Positions 37,320 to 51,611 of a stretch of 64,000 nucleotides of DNA are shown here, piece after piece. Both the position numbers and the translations under genes were made by a program. Under the pieces are notes generated by a model. That model made no database searches and was not told the origin of the DNA. It was given only the letters and a program-made list of their open reading frames with translations. Positions within the stretch are counted from its first letter, which is position 1, and every line of letters starts with the position of its first letter. Source of the DNA: Octopus vulgaris (Eukaryota); NCBI GenBank assembly GCA_951406725.2, contig OX597840.1, forward strand, positions 22,568,001 through 22,632,000, read 5' to 3'.

Positions 37320-38281
37320 ATCATCATCATCATCATCATTTAACGTCCACTTTCTATGCTAGCATGGGTTGGACGGTTCAACTGGGGTCTGGGAAGCCAG
37401 AAGGCTGCACCAGGCCCAGTCTGATTTGGCAGTGTTTCTACAGCTGAATGCCCTTCCTAACGCCAACCACTCTGTGAATGTAGTGGGTGCTTTTTACGTG
37501 CCGCCGGTACAGGTGCCAGACGATGCTGGCAAACGGCCACGATCGGATGGTGATTTTTACGTGCCACCAGCACGGAGACCAGACGAAGCTGGCAACGGCC
37601 ACGAATCGGATGGTGCTTTTTACGTGCCACCGGCACGGAGGCCAGTTAGGGCGGTGCTGGCTATGGCCACGTTCGGATGGTTCTCTTACGTGCCACCAGC
37701 ACTGGTATCACAGCTACAAATTCCATTGATGTTGATTGAATACGATTTTGATTTTCACTTGCCTCAACAGGTCTTCACAAGTGGAGCTTTGTGTCCCAAG
37801 AAGGAAAGGAATGCATAAGTGGGCTGGCTACATCCCAGGTAGAGGCCACGGAATTATGGCCTCACTTGTCCTGCCGGGTCTTCTCACGCACAGCATACTT
37901 CCAAAGGTCTCGGTCTCTAGTCATTTCCTCGGTGAAACCTAAAGTTCGAAGGTCGTGCTTCACTACCTCGTCCCAGGTTTTCCTGGGTCTACCTCTTCCA
38001 CAGGTTCCCTCAACCGCTAGGCGTGGCACTGTTTCAAACAACTATCTACATCCATTCTCGCCACATGACCATACCAGTGCAAACGTCTCTCTTGCACACC
38101 ACAACTGATGCTTCTTAGGTCCAACTTTTCTCTCAAAGTACTTACACTCTGTCTAGTATGAACACTGACATTACACATCCATCGGAGCATACTGGCTTCA
38201 TTTCTTGCGAGCTTACGCATATCTTCAGCAGTCACCGCCCATGTTTCACTGCCGTGTAGCATGGCTGTTCGTATACATATA
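37320..38281 (-). mobile_element. Mirror copy of the 5'-truncated RTE LINE
   Basis: ORF 38017-38304; reverse complement of 31521-32480. Confidence 0.9.
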
Positions 38282-38571
38282 TATGACAATTTTTCCAAGG
38301 ACAATGGTTAAAATTCAAACTTGTTTTATTTTATTCTATTTATTCTTTTTATTTATTTTTTACATGCATACATATATAATTCATATGTATATTTACACAT
38401 ACACATACGTATACACACATATACATCTACACATATGTACATACGTATCAAACAATGTACGCTCGTACGGTTAGATATAACTGCATATATGTATTTTAGT
38501 ACCATGCATTTCAACATTTATGCATGGATTACTACTTGTAAATGAGAGAGAGAGAGAGAGAGAGGGTGGTT

Positions 38572-41200
38572 ATAGAATGGTCATCCTGAGTGGAATCTGG
38601 ATGTTACTCCATTCGGATTTTCGGTTGAGAGTGGGTTTGTATTCTTGTATACAGACAGATTTATTGACCTGTCTCAGCACTGCATCAGTGGGATGTGTGG
38701 ATAAAATGTTTAACTTAAGTCTCCCTAAGGAGCCCTTGTGACAGTCTACAGCATGCTGATAGAAGATGGAGTTTGGTTTCTTTTCAATGTAGTTGTCCAG
38801 GTGTTCTTTGAACCTATCATTGATACTCCTAGAAGTTTCACCTATGTATGACTCTGGGTTAGTCTCGCAAGCTCCTTCTTGGCACAATGTTCTTGGTTTT
38901 ACAGTTCACATGTGGGTTTGTGGAACATACTGCGCAATTATTTTGACATGGGAATCTATCGAAAGGATATGATCTACACAATACAGATTTGATAGTCCTA
39001 CCTGTCTTTTCTACAACCTTGATCTTAAGGCCAGTTGTGTGTAGGATTTCCTTGAATGCCTTACATAATTCGTTCTTAGGTGTGGCATCAACAAACATTA
39101 CACTGTGAAATCTCTTGTTATACCAAGTATTGGTCTTATTTCTTTTCTTGGTGTCCCTCTCTAACCTATTCCAGAACTTGTTGCGGTATAGGAACCATAC
39201 ACTGTTTTCGTCATCACTTAGAATGTGTTTGAATCTTGGTTTTGCTCCTTTGTACACTCTGATTCTCTCATATTGTGTGTATCCGGGGCGTTGCATTCGG
39301 AATATGAAGTGCTGGATGTGTTGTCGTTCTTGTGGTTGGCATAGTGGAGATATACATTCCTCATTAATCTAACTAAGTCTGCCACCAGGATGTTGAGCTT
39401 GTTAGTACTCGACATCGTTGAGTTACTACGGATTACCAGTGGATTAGCCATAGGTTTACAAGAGTGTGAGTGGAGTAAACAGGATTTAACAGTTCCGTTA
39501 ACCATAGTATTTTCTATCCACAGCTCAGTATCTAGGACAGGTAATCTGTTACTGGGGTGTTTAGAGAGGCAGTCTACGGTAACTTTTATACTGCTATGGA
39601 TAGAGTTAGCCATGTGTTGTATAGCTGTCATCACCTGTTCTTCATTTAGTAGAGATTCTATCTCTGTGTCTGTATTATTATTACATTTCACAACAATGTT
39701 AATGTCGTCAATGTATAGAGAGTACATAGCTAAGTGGATGTTACAGGTCACTAGGCACTGTTTAAACTGTCTGTCCCACCATCCAATGAAGAGGTTTGCA
39801 ACATCACCGACGATCCCTACTCCAATAGCACCACTTTCGTCTGTTTATACAGTTTTTTGTTAAACTTAAAAATATGGGTTTTAAGTATAGTTCTAAGGCT
39901 GACACCGATAGCATGTGCAATAGTAGTTCTGATGTCCTGTGCATCTGAAGGTGGGTAGTCTGCCTCATCAAACCCTGTCAGCGTTCACAATGGGTCTTTT
40001 TGTATGCTGAGGTAATGGTAGGTGGTCTACCTCGTTTGTTACGGGAAAGACAAGCATATAGAAGATTATTGTGTGACAGATACTCATTGGTGCCAGGAAG
40101 AGCCATAGTTCATATATGTCCGCATTTTTAAATATATTACTCTCACTAATTATCTTTATACATTTTTCGACAGCAAATTCTATATCAATGGAAGGATATA
40201 GTGATACCTATTTCTTTATTACCCACAAGGGGCTAAACACAGAGGGGACAAACAAGGACAGACATAGGTATTAAGTCGAATACATCGACCCCAGTACGTA
40301 ACTGGTACTTAATTTATCGACCCCGAAAGGATGAAAGGTAAAGTTGACCTCGGCGGAATTTGAACTCACAACGTAACGGCAGACGAAATACCGCTAAGCA
40401 TTTCGCCTGGCGTGCTAACGTTTCTGCCAGCTCGCCGCCTTACAGTGATACCATATCCATGATACCTACGATGTGCTCTCTGAGGTCACATGTGTTGTTG
40501 CATTCGCGGATCCTGCTAAGGAGGTCTTCAGTACTATCACGTAAATCTGCAGATAACTCTATTAAGGGTCTTATGAATTGTGAGAGAAAATATGATATTT
40601 TGTGGTTGTTTGCATTGTTGGCACCACAAACAGGTCGGGTAGGTGGCCCAAGTATATGATCCATGTGGATCTTATGATCTTTTCGAAGGCCATATAGGGG
40701 TGGGATTTCATTGTTGGTAGTTATGAAATTGTTTGCTGTGCATTCCTCAGACTGGAGAATGATACTCCGCATCCCCATGTGAGCATTGAGGACTTTTTCG
40801 TTTTCAATGTGTGGTTGCATGTTCAAAATGTAATTAGATAAGTTGTCAACAGACATTCTAACTGATTTGTCAGTCGGGAAGCATACAATCTCTTATTTTT
40901 TATATGATTTTTTAATTTGTTAAGGCCTTTCTTAATTTTGGTGTCAAGATCACGGGTCTTATTTTTTGTTCGTTTTTGTTTATGCCTTTGGGTGTAATTA
41001 GAGAAAGCTGACAGGAGTTTGGATTTAGTAAGGGTAAACTTTGCTGTACTGGAATGAAAACAATTGCAGCATGGAAGGTGTTTATAAGCCATTTAAGAAA
41101 CACACAAAAACCGTTAGATTCACTTTAATATTTAAATTTAATTTGTCAAAATATTTTCGTCGCTTTGAGACTGCGACTTCACTGACAAAATTCCGTGCTG
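38572..41200 (-). mobile_element. Mirror copy of the Penelope-like element
   Basis: ORFs 40440-40856, 39218-39751 (YIDD), 38859-39296 and 38570-38887 (YIGETSRSINDRFKEH). Confidence 0.88.
40209..40440 (-). mobile_element. Mirror copy of the SINE inside the Penelope-like element
   Basis: Reverse complement of 29362-29593. Confidence 0.9.
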
Positions 41201-41491
41201 CATCTGAGAAAGTAACAGTTAGTTCATGATATATATGTATGTACGTACGTATGTATGTGTTTATGTATGTATATGTGTACATGTATGTGCGCATGCCTAT
41301 ACGCATGTATGTATGTACTTATGTACTTACGTATGTGAGTATTTAGGAGAAATAGACGTGTCTGTGTGTGTGTACATGTGTATGTACTTGCGAACGTATG
41401 TTTATGTAATATGTGTCAGTTCAATTTGTATACTTGACTGTTACCTTGCCACTCGCTATGCAAGTACATCTCTTTCTCTCTCTCGCTCTCT

Positions 41492-41556
<65 letters not shown>

Positions 41557-44052
41557 AGCAGATTGTAACATAGATAAATATATAGACAGAAATAGATAGA
41601 GTCAGAAGAAGAATAGACATACCAACTACCAAACACCTAGAAAGATAGACTGCTTGATAGCTCGATAGATATATAGATAAATAGATAGATGCTTATGTTT
41701 TTTTATTGCTACTCATCACTCATTTTGTCCATTTTATGTTTCTCACCTGTACTGCCCTTTGTAAAGAATTAGCAAACTGAGCTGTTTTGCAATAAAGGCT
41801 TGAATGGATTGAGAGCCATATGATAAACTGGTGAAGGAAGCATGGATTTAAACTCTGCCTTATTAGTTGCTCATTGGTGAAATAGCATAAAAAATATTGT
41901 TTATGGGTAAGATTTCTTAATTAATATCAGTTTCTATATTAGTGTATGCATCTTTAGTGAAATGATGATGAACTCTCTTACAATATGACTATGTGAATTG
42001 CTGAAATTATGGTATATTGTAAATTTCACGAATATTTGAATGACAGGAAAGCTATCCTGTTTCCTAACATGCAGATTTATTTTTCCCAAGTCATTTGATT
42101 AATTGGTCATGTTTGTAAAACAGGGGAATGCCTCAAATTTTAGAGGAAGTGGTTAATTGATTAAATTGATCTTATTACTTGACTTGCACTTTTTTTTATC
42201 AACCATGAAAGGAAGAGAAACAAAGTTAGCCTCAACAGGATTTGAAACTAGAATATAAAGAGCTGGTAGAAATATTGGAAGGTATTTTGCCAACACTAAC
42301 AATTGTGCCTCTCCACCATCTGAAGTTTAATAGAATAAAATCTGTGAATGAATTTTGATGAATTTCTTGTGTAGTTTTAATGAAAGTTGGTCTCACATTG
42401 CTTGCATTTATATCTTTCCTGAGACATGTAAAAGTTTCCATTTGTATAATACTTGGCTGCTTGTCACTTCAAATAAAGAGTAGTGAACTGATATTAAAGC
42501 CAAAATTTTCCTTTCGCTACTATTAGGATGTTTTTCATTTTTACTTTCAGGGTTAAAAAATGAACGATTACACTTATTGGTTTACTTGCGAACTTTTGTT
42601 TATTTTATATCCTTCTATATGTTGGATATGCAAATTTCACGAAGATTACTCTACTAAACACAATACTTCTAATAAATATAAACTCTGAACAATGTCAACA
42701 ACTTCCATGAACTCCCAATGACTCTCTTTGTCTCAACCAATATGCTAATTTTTTTATAAGAGTTTTTCTAGTCCATTCTTCCAATCCCATAGGGGTGCCA
42801 ATGACTCTCACCACAACAGTTTATACATGTAGACTTTTCTTTATACTTGTTGATTTTACCAAGCAAGAAGCTTCACCTGTATGTAAGTACATAATTTTTT
42901 TGTTAAATTAAGTTTTCTGTTAGTTAACCATAGCTGTTTGTACATTGAACACCTGTTTCTCTGTGTATATTGAACAATTTCCATAAGACATATATGTTTG
43001 CAAATGTAAAATATGTTTGTTTCCCAATGCCATGGTTTAGGGTCTAGTTCTACTGTGTGTCATTTTGGGCAAGAGTCTTCGACTATAGGTAGGGACCAAC
43101 AAATGCATTTTTAGTGAAAGTGGTTGATGGGAACTATATGATGCTTATTGCATGTGTGTGTATACACCATATCAATTATGTGATGCATGTTATAGGTAAC
43201 TGTTGACAAAAAGTGCAAAATACTCATTGAAAAATCAAAATAATTTAGAGTAATGTCAAGAAGGGATGTGGAATGGATAGTGAAGGTGTCCCACAGTATT
43301 GCAGCCTGGGCCTATGTGTCATCTTGCTACTGCAAGAGAGTACAGACCATTGAATGTTTGTGAAATATTGGCATCTAAGATTATGAACTCTCTGGATTTA
43401 CTGATTACCTTGATGTCAGTGAGATTGCCATTGTCAAACAAGAGATTTGTTACCTTAGTAAGTGTCTACCCTCCAACCATGTGTTCCTCTGAAGAGAAAA
43501 AAAAGACTAATATTTTATCTTTCATGAAAAAAGCTTCTATGTTCTTTCTGCTTATAAAATCTTCATACTTGGTGATTTCAGAGATAAAAAAAATTGGGAT
43601 ATAATTGGGAAACATGAAGCCAGAAAATGCAATAGTAATGGCTTGTTTAGTACTGCAAGTGTGTTCGATTTTTGCATATAGTGGGTAACTGTCAATCTCC
43701 TAGTGTGGAGCATGCTGTATTTGAGCACCAAATGTGTGGGTGTATTTATGTGATCAAGATGAAAGGCAATTAGGTCTCTCATTAATTTCTGTTTGGTGAG
43801 TTGGCCCTGAGGAAAAATCTAGGCAACAAATTGAAATTAAGGCATGAATGCATTAGAGACACTTAGAGGATCTAGATCAAATTAGAGACAGTGAAAACAT
43901 CACAAAGTTTTTGATGGAAAAAATTGTTTCATGTTGGAATGAGTGAATTTGAATGAATGTCAATAAAATCTCAGTGTGCATGAAATGCTTGAGAGAGATT
44001 TTTGAAAAGGTCTTAATATTAATGTTTCCATTGTGTTTTGCTTCAAAAACTA

Positions 44053-45263
44053 CATAGACATGACGGAATTAAATAGACACCCTTATGATTGTTAAAATTT
44101 ATTTAAATTATTTATTAATTATTATAATGTGAATATCTAATATTTAGTAGACAGGCTCCTTGCATTTTTGAATGCAAGGACCCTAGCAGGCATGCTACTG
44201 ATCTGATGAATATTCTCTTCATGATTTTCTTGCCAAGTTTCTTGCAGTAATATCAAAAGATCTGGCTTTAAGGATGCTTTCTTTTTCTTTTTAGGAAGTA
44301 TCCCATCCATCATGCCTCAGAGGTGTTCAGTAGGGTTCATATCTGGTGATTGGCTTAGCTATGGAAGCTTTTTAATGCCATTCTCTTCCAACCAATCCTG
44401 GGTCTTTTAGTTGTGCAAGAAAGCCCTATCTTCGATAAATAGTGTTATTTAATCATTTTACCCCTGGAGGTTATAGGAAGAAGATTTTTCTATAATATGG
44501 ACACATATTTATCTGAGTTTATGTATCCCTCACACTCCACCATTTCTGATTAACTATTGCTCCAAACTGCTCTCCAGACCATCACATGTTCCATTGTTGG
44601 CTGCAATATATTCACGTGAAAATATTGGTGACTGATTCTCCAGACCCACATTCGACCAGTGTCAGAAAATACAGCAAATTTGGATTCATCAGAGAATTTG
44701 ACAGTGTCCCAAAGTGCTAGTGACCTCTCTACCATCTCACTTGTCCAATCTTTTCTCCATTTGATATTGGCTGGTCGAAGCAGTGTCTTCTTTCTTGCTG
44801 CTCTGCCATAATAGCCAATTTTGCGGAGATAACTGACAGCTATTCTGGGACTGACATCAACTTATTCTGCTATATTGGAGGCCTTGCAATGAGGATTATC
44901 TTACACACTTCTCTTAAGAAAGCAAAGTGTTCTGTCAGAGGGCCTTAGTCTACCTGGGTAAGGTGATATGGACTACTTTCCCATTTAGTGAATTGAAAAA
45001 TTACTCTATTTACTGTAGAAAGTGGAATCACAATGTTTTCTGTGGTTTTAGGCTAAGTCAGCCTTGAAATAGGCGCAGCATATGGCCTCTTTGTAAATTG
45101 GACATTTTTAAGGCTTCTTTTGTACATGGCATGATTAAACAGTTACATATAGAACCTGAAACATATAAATGTCAATTAATAAAAAAAATATAAACCTCTT
45201 CAAGTTATAATAACCATAAAACAATGTGTTAATGGGTATCTATTTACTTTTGTCATGTTTGTG
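44053..45263 (-). mobile_element. Mirror copy of the Tc1-like element
   Basis: ORF 44550-44735 is identical to 25100-25285; same TIRs. Confidence 0.88.
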
Positions 45264-47992
45264 TACAAATGTATCATTTGTTAGAACTGCACTTTGAAAG
45301 AAAAAAGAAAACCTTTAGTAGAAAATTATCATTAGCTACGACAATGTTACCCAACTATTAAATCTTATATTTTTCAAACTCATGCTAGGATGGAAAAATG
45401 AACGTAGATATGAGACTTATTTTTACACATGTATCGATGCATATAAAACATGAAATTATGTTGTCTACATACTTAAATACTTGCAATTAATTCATTGTAA
45501 GAACATAGAATTTTGACAGGTTTTCTTGAGTTGTTGCTCATCTACAATAATCTGATAAGTTTGAGGTTATTGTTGGTTGCATAAGATTGTCATTGAATTT
45601 TCTCTCGACAGAAATATCTAATCATTTTATCCATACTAGCATGGGTTGTGTGTATCATGTTGATATCTGTTTCAGTTTAATTCCCTCTGCAATAGTTTCT
45701 TTTTTTGTGTTTATGCAATATGGTACTTTCATAAAATACAGTTGTATCTTGCCTTACACAGTATTCTGTTTCTTAGTTTCACTTTAGCACAATTTTGCTC
45801 ATTTTCCTCTATTTGTTTCTTTTTGTTTTTACAAATATAGAAGTAGTACTTGCTTCAGTTTCTCATTATATTTTGTTAAATATTTTTGAATTTGAAATAT
45901 TAAAATTGATTTCACAAGAAATGAAAATTCAATGTATAAAATTAACTTTAAACTAAATGTTCAGCATCAAATGCAAAAGTTTTACAAAAAGAATTGTCCT
46001 CATCATCATCATCATTTAATGTCCATTATCTATGCTGGCTTGGGTTGGACAGTTTCATCAGGGCTGGTAAGCTGAGGGTCTGCAGCAGACTCCAGTCTTG
46101 ATTTGTCATTGTTTCTATGGCTGGATGTTCTTCTTAACATCAAACACTCCATGAGTGTTGTGGGCAGGGGTTGTGAAAAAAATTAATTGATGGGAAATTA
46201 TTTACAATATATTGTCTTCTAAGGCACAGCATGTCATGAAAGGTGTCAGTCATTAGTCATTGCCTTTATAAGTTTCAACAGTCAAAGATCATGCATTACC
46301 ACCTTGTCCAATGCCTTCTTATGTCTACTTCTTCTGCCATGTAGCATAGCTGTCTGCACAGGTATAATCAATCTGCCTTTCACTCTGAAGGAGAGACCCT
46401 TAGTTACCAAACAGAGGAAGGAGCTCTCTGAATTTGCTCAGCCTATTTTTATTCTTGCAGCCACACTCTTGGTTCATCCACCTCTGCTACTGACTTTGTT
46501 ACTCAACGATCTCTAATGTACTCCTCTGGCATTTGATGGAGCCCATTTTCTGTACACTTTTAGTGTTTACTGTACATGTGCACCTTCCACATACAAAAAT
46601 ATTTTCCCAGTTTACCTTCCTCTGATATTGCTACACCTATTATGTGTTATACAGAGTACATCTACCTACCTTCTTTTTTGAGGATGGCCATGTACCTGAA
46701 GGGCTTTATGATTTATCTGTTTTCCTACTTACTAAGACTTTGTGTTAGGTTGGGTAGGTTAATTCTGTGACCTTTCAATTCTAGACCTTGCTTCCGTACG
46801 CAAAATTTGTTCTCTTGTTCTGGTATAGATTTAGCTAAAAGAAAAGCTCATTAGTAAATAAGTGTGAAAACTCTTTGCTTTCACAAACACTTTATGTACA
46901 CTGATTGAAGCAATGAAAAAAGAAGGTCCTCGGTATACCTGAAACGTGAAGGAAAATATTTGGATAATGAAACTAATAATGTATGGCTAATTGAATGTAA
47001 TGTAATAAATGATAATATATGTATGTTTAGTTGTAATCCCCTATTCCCTCCGCAAGTCATGTGAGGGAAGCAAAGAAGACTGATAATATGTATTAAATGA
47101 TTAACGAAAATTTAATAATTAGTGCAGAGACCCTTAATCAATATTGATGGTGTGACGATCAAGGAGCAACGTGTCAGTTGTGCGTCAGGCTTTTAGTCTT
47201 TGCGAGTCTGGCAGAGCGACTAACAGGACAATTGCTGGATGGGGGATAAACTGCATCAGGCAGGGGTCGCTCTTGGAGGGCAGGGGTATGACCATTTGTG
47301 GTAAAAGTGGAGTAAGTTGGGGAAGTCGCACAGACACAAACAAATAAAAATACACAGTCGTTCACACAGACGGTCACAGAAATAACAAGAGTCACACACA
47401 CATACGCACAAACATTGAAATGAAAATACACACACACACGCTATCACACACGCACAAACATCACACACACGGAAATGAAAACCCAGTTAAACACACACAC
47501 ACGTATACAAGCTCAAGCAATGAACTGGAAGCACTTTCTCATACATGAGCGGGTGCAAACAGACACAGGAATGAAAGCACACACTCATACTCACACACAC
47601 ATATTGGCTGACCCACACACTCATATAATTTCTTCATAATGTTTCGGTTCTAAGGTGAACACATTTAAAGCATAAATAGCTACCAGTGTGCGTCTTTGCA
47701 TGTATGCATGTGCATGAGTGTGGACGTGTCGGTGTTTGTTCTTGTGTGAACACAGTCCACCCATATCTAAGGTGGTCGCATCGTCTCATGTGACCCAGCC
47801 ACGAAAGTTTCTTTCCCCCGCGACAGTTCAGGACCCCATTAATGAACTCATTTTGTATACAACCAATGAGAGCTAACCTTGAACTTGTTGTCAGGTTAAC
47901 AAACAGGAGTGTCTGAATGGGAAGTAGCTTGCTTACCAACCACACGGTTGCGGGTTCAGTCCCACTGGGTGCATGGCATCTTGGGCAGTGTG

Positions 47993-48024
<32 letters not shown>

Positions 48025-49364
48025 CCTTTGTATATCTGGTTATCCCTCTAACACCACTTAATAACCGGTGCTGGAGTGTTCATGTCCCTGTAACTTAGCT
48101 GTTTGTCAAAAGTGAAAGATAGATTAAATACTAGGCCTATAAAAAATAAGACCTGGGGTCGATTTTCTCGAATAAAGGCGCTGCTGCGGCATGGAATACA
48201 TGTATGTATATATATATATTTGTATGTCTGTTTATTTCTCCAACATCGTTGGACAACTGGTGTTGGTGTGTACAGGTCCCCGAACTTATCGGTTCGGGAA
48301 AAGGGACCGATAGTTTAAATACTAGGCCTACAAAGTGTAAGTCCTGGGAGGATTTACACGAATAAAGGCATTGCTCTACCATGGCCGCAGTCAAATAATT
48401 GCATAAATTAAGTGTGTAAAATAGAAAATAACCAGAAAAGTTTATATTCTATTAACTACATTAGTGAGGGAGATAACTAAAAATCAAATTTTAGAGTTAC
48501 TTCTCTTGACATATTAATAAAAGACATGACAGTTTAAGATGTAGGCACGTTTGTTTTTCGCATGCGAAGGGCACACTTGCATTCGTGCAAGAATAGACAT
48601 ACACATGCACATTTTCTGCTGTTTACTTTAACAAATACACATTATAATTTACATTTAATTACACCTGAAAACTATGTAAAGTACTCCCCATATCTAGTAC
48701 CACCCTTTGGACATGATCAGGTTTTTATTTTGTTTTAGATAGTATATATGCGTATGTGGGTATATACACGTATATATTTATGAATGCATGTATATAAATA
48801 TGTATATTTGTATGTATGTATGTATATATATATTAGTATGAAATGAATTTATATATATATATTTATGCATATGCCCGAGCACAGCCTTTAGTCAAACAAA
48901 ACGTACCCCAGGGCTTATCCTTTGGAAGCTTAGTACTTCTATCTTTTTTACTCTTTTGCGGAACCGTAAAGTTAGCGGGGCATATGTGTGTGTTGTGCTC
49001 ACCCACAAACACACATACCTCCGAACACGCACACATAGATACATGCAAAGATACACACTTGTTGCTATTTATGCTTTAAATATGTTGACCATAAAACTGT
49101 TACGTTCTGAAGAAATGTATGTGTGTGCTTTCATTTCTGTGTCTGTGTGTGAGCGCGCATGTGTGACAGTGTTTCCAGTTCAATGTTTGTGCCTGCGCAT
49201 GTGTGTGTGAGTGAGGGAGTGTGTAAATGTGTATTTTGATTTCTCGGTGCGTGTGTGAGTGTGTAACTGTTTTCATTTCTGTGTGTATGTGCGTACGTTT
49301 GTGTGTGACTATTTTCATTTCTGTGTGGGTGTTTGTTTGGATGTGCAACTATTTTCATTTCTAT

Positions 49365-50451
49365 GTGTGTGTGTGAGTGTTTGGATGTGTAACTGTGTAT
49401 TGTCATTTCTATGTGTGTGTGTTTTGTACGTATGTGAGTGTGTGTGAGTATTTTTATTTCAGTGTTTGTGGGACTGTTTGTGTTTATTTGTGTGCGAATG
49501 TGTTTTGTGTTAGTATTTTAATTTCAGTGTTTGTGTGTGTGAGAGAGTGTTTTTATTTGTGTGTGTACATGTGTGTGCTCGACTGAGTGTTTTTAATTGT
49601 TTGTGTGCGTGCGACAATTACTACTACAACAAACACTTTGACCATTTCTAAGATACCCACATTTGAGATCACTAACTACTAAATCAAAATAAGTTCAATT
49701 TATTACACCTTTAGTGACTTCAGATATTGCTCATATTTTTCTCATATGGCGACAATGTATTAATTTCACAAGTGGATAAAACAACTTCTCATACTGGCGT
49801 GGAGGGGGCTGAGATTATAACTGCGAGTGCCAAGCACCCAATGCCTCCCCCGTATCTACATACCTGGATCGGCCGTAATTGGTCTCATTCTGAGATCTCT
49901 CGGGAGTAGAATATTTATGACTATAGAAGTTAACTTGTTACAGGCTTCGTAGACTTTTGTCGCTATTTACTCTTTTATTCTCATTTACTTGTTTCAGTCA
50001 TTTGATTGTGCCATGCTGAGCACCAACTTTAGTCGAACATATCGACCCCAGGACTTATTCTTTGTAGGCCTAGTACTTATTCTATCGGTCTCTTTCGCTG
50101 AACCTCTTAGTTACGGGGACGTAAACAGACTAGCATCAGTTGTGAAGCAATGTTTGAGGACAAACACAGACACAAACCCACAAACATACACACACACATA
50201 TATATAAACATATACACGACAGTCTTCTTTCAGTTTCCGTCTACCAACTCGACTCAGAAGTATTTGCTTGGCCCGAGGCTATATTTGAATACACTTGCCG
50301 AAGGTGCCACACTGTGGGACTGAACCCAGCACATTGCGATTCGTAAGCAAACTGTTTATCACACGGCCACTCCTACGCCTATCAATATATATATATATAT
50401 TGATATATATATACCTACATACATGTATATAGAAGCACATAGTCGTGCACA

Positions 50452-50501
<50 letters not shown>

Positions 50502-51526
50502 AAAACTCAGTTATATTTGCTTCTTGGCAAAAATGCATTTAAGTGGAAAGAACTTAAACATAAAAATTAATATCAAAACCAACGAAAGTAACTCCCGCCA
50601 ATCCCTTACTTGAAAAGAGTTACCTCCCTTGATTGATGAAAAGCGTTTTCCTCGTGTCTTGGAGACTCTAAGGGATGGTACGGGAGTTTTTTCCATTTAA
50701 TTAAGAAACTTTGCATCTGTATGCGTGCGCGCATGCTCGAGTGTTTGTCCGCGTGTTTGTGTGAATATGTAGCTGTGTATTTTCATTTCTGTGTGTGTAT
50801 TTGTGCGTATGTGTGTGTGTGTGTGTGAGAATTTTTATTCAGTGTTTGTGTGCGTGGGACGGTTTTTATTTGTGTGAGTGTGAAAGTGTGTGTTGTTATT
50901 TTCATTTCAGTGTTTGTGTTTGTGTGAATGTTTTTATTTGTGTGTGTAAGTGTGTGTGAGCGACTGTGTTTTTATTCGTTTGTGTGTGTGCGACAATTAC
51001 AGCTACAACAAACACTTTAAGCATCTCTAAGATACCCACATTTGCAGATCCCTAAGTTCTAAATGAAAAGAAGTTCAATTTATTGCGACTTCAGATTTGC
51101 GTTTGTTTAGCACCCAATGCCCCCCGTATGTACATACATGGATCGGCCATAATTGGCCTCATTCGGAGATCTCTCGGGTGTGGAATATTTATGACTATAG
51201 AAGTTAACTTGTTACAGGTTTTGTTTATGGCTTAACTTTTGTAGATTTTGGGAAGTCCATAGATGTTACTGGCTTTGCAGTGAAATCTAGTCAAGCAATT
51301 TGTCTGGTTTTTTGTTAAATCGTGTTGGAACTGGTGGATAAGAGTAGACAGTTTGGTCATTATCTTCGATTGACTGTAGTTGTTGATGTTTTTAACCGAT
51401 GCTGGTGTGTTTTACTCCCTGTATTTTAGCGGTTCGGCAAAAGAGAATAAGTTAGAATAAATACTAGGCTTACAAAGAATAAGTGCTGCGGACGATGTGA
51501 TCGATTAAAGGCGGCGCTCTAGTATC

Positions 51527-51611
<85 letters not shown>

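Larger units (their letters stand above)
35758..49364. repeat. Right arm of the large inverted duplication (mate 20376-34044)
   Basis: TATAAAACCTGG at 35758 mirrors CCAGGTTTTATA ending at 34044; colinear reverse complement out to 49364. Confidence 0.97.
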
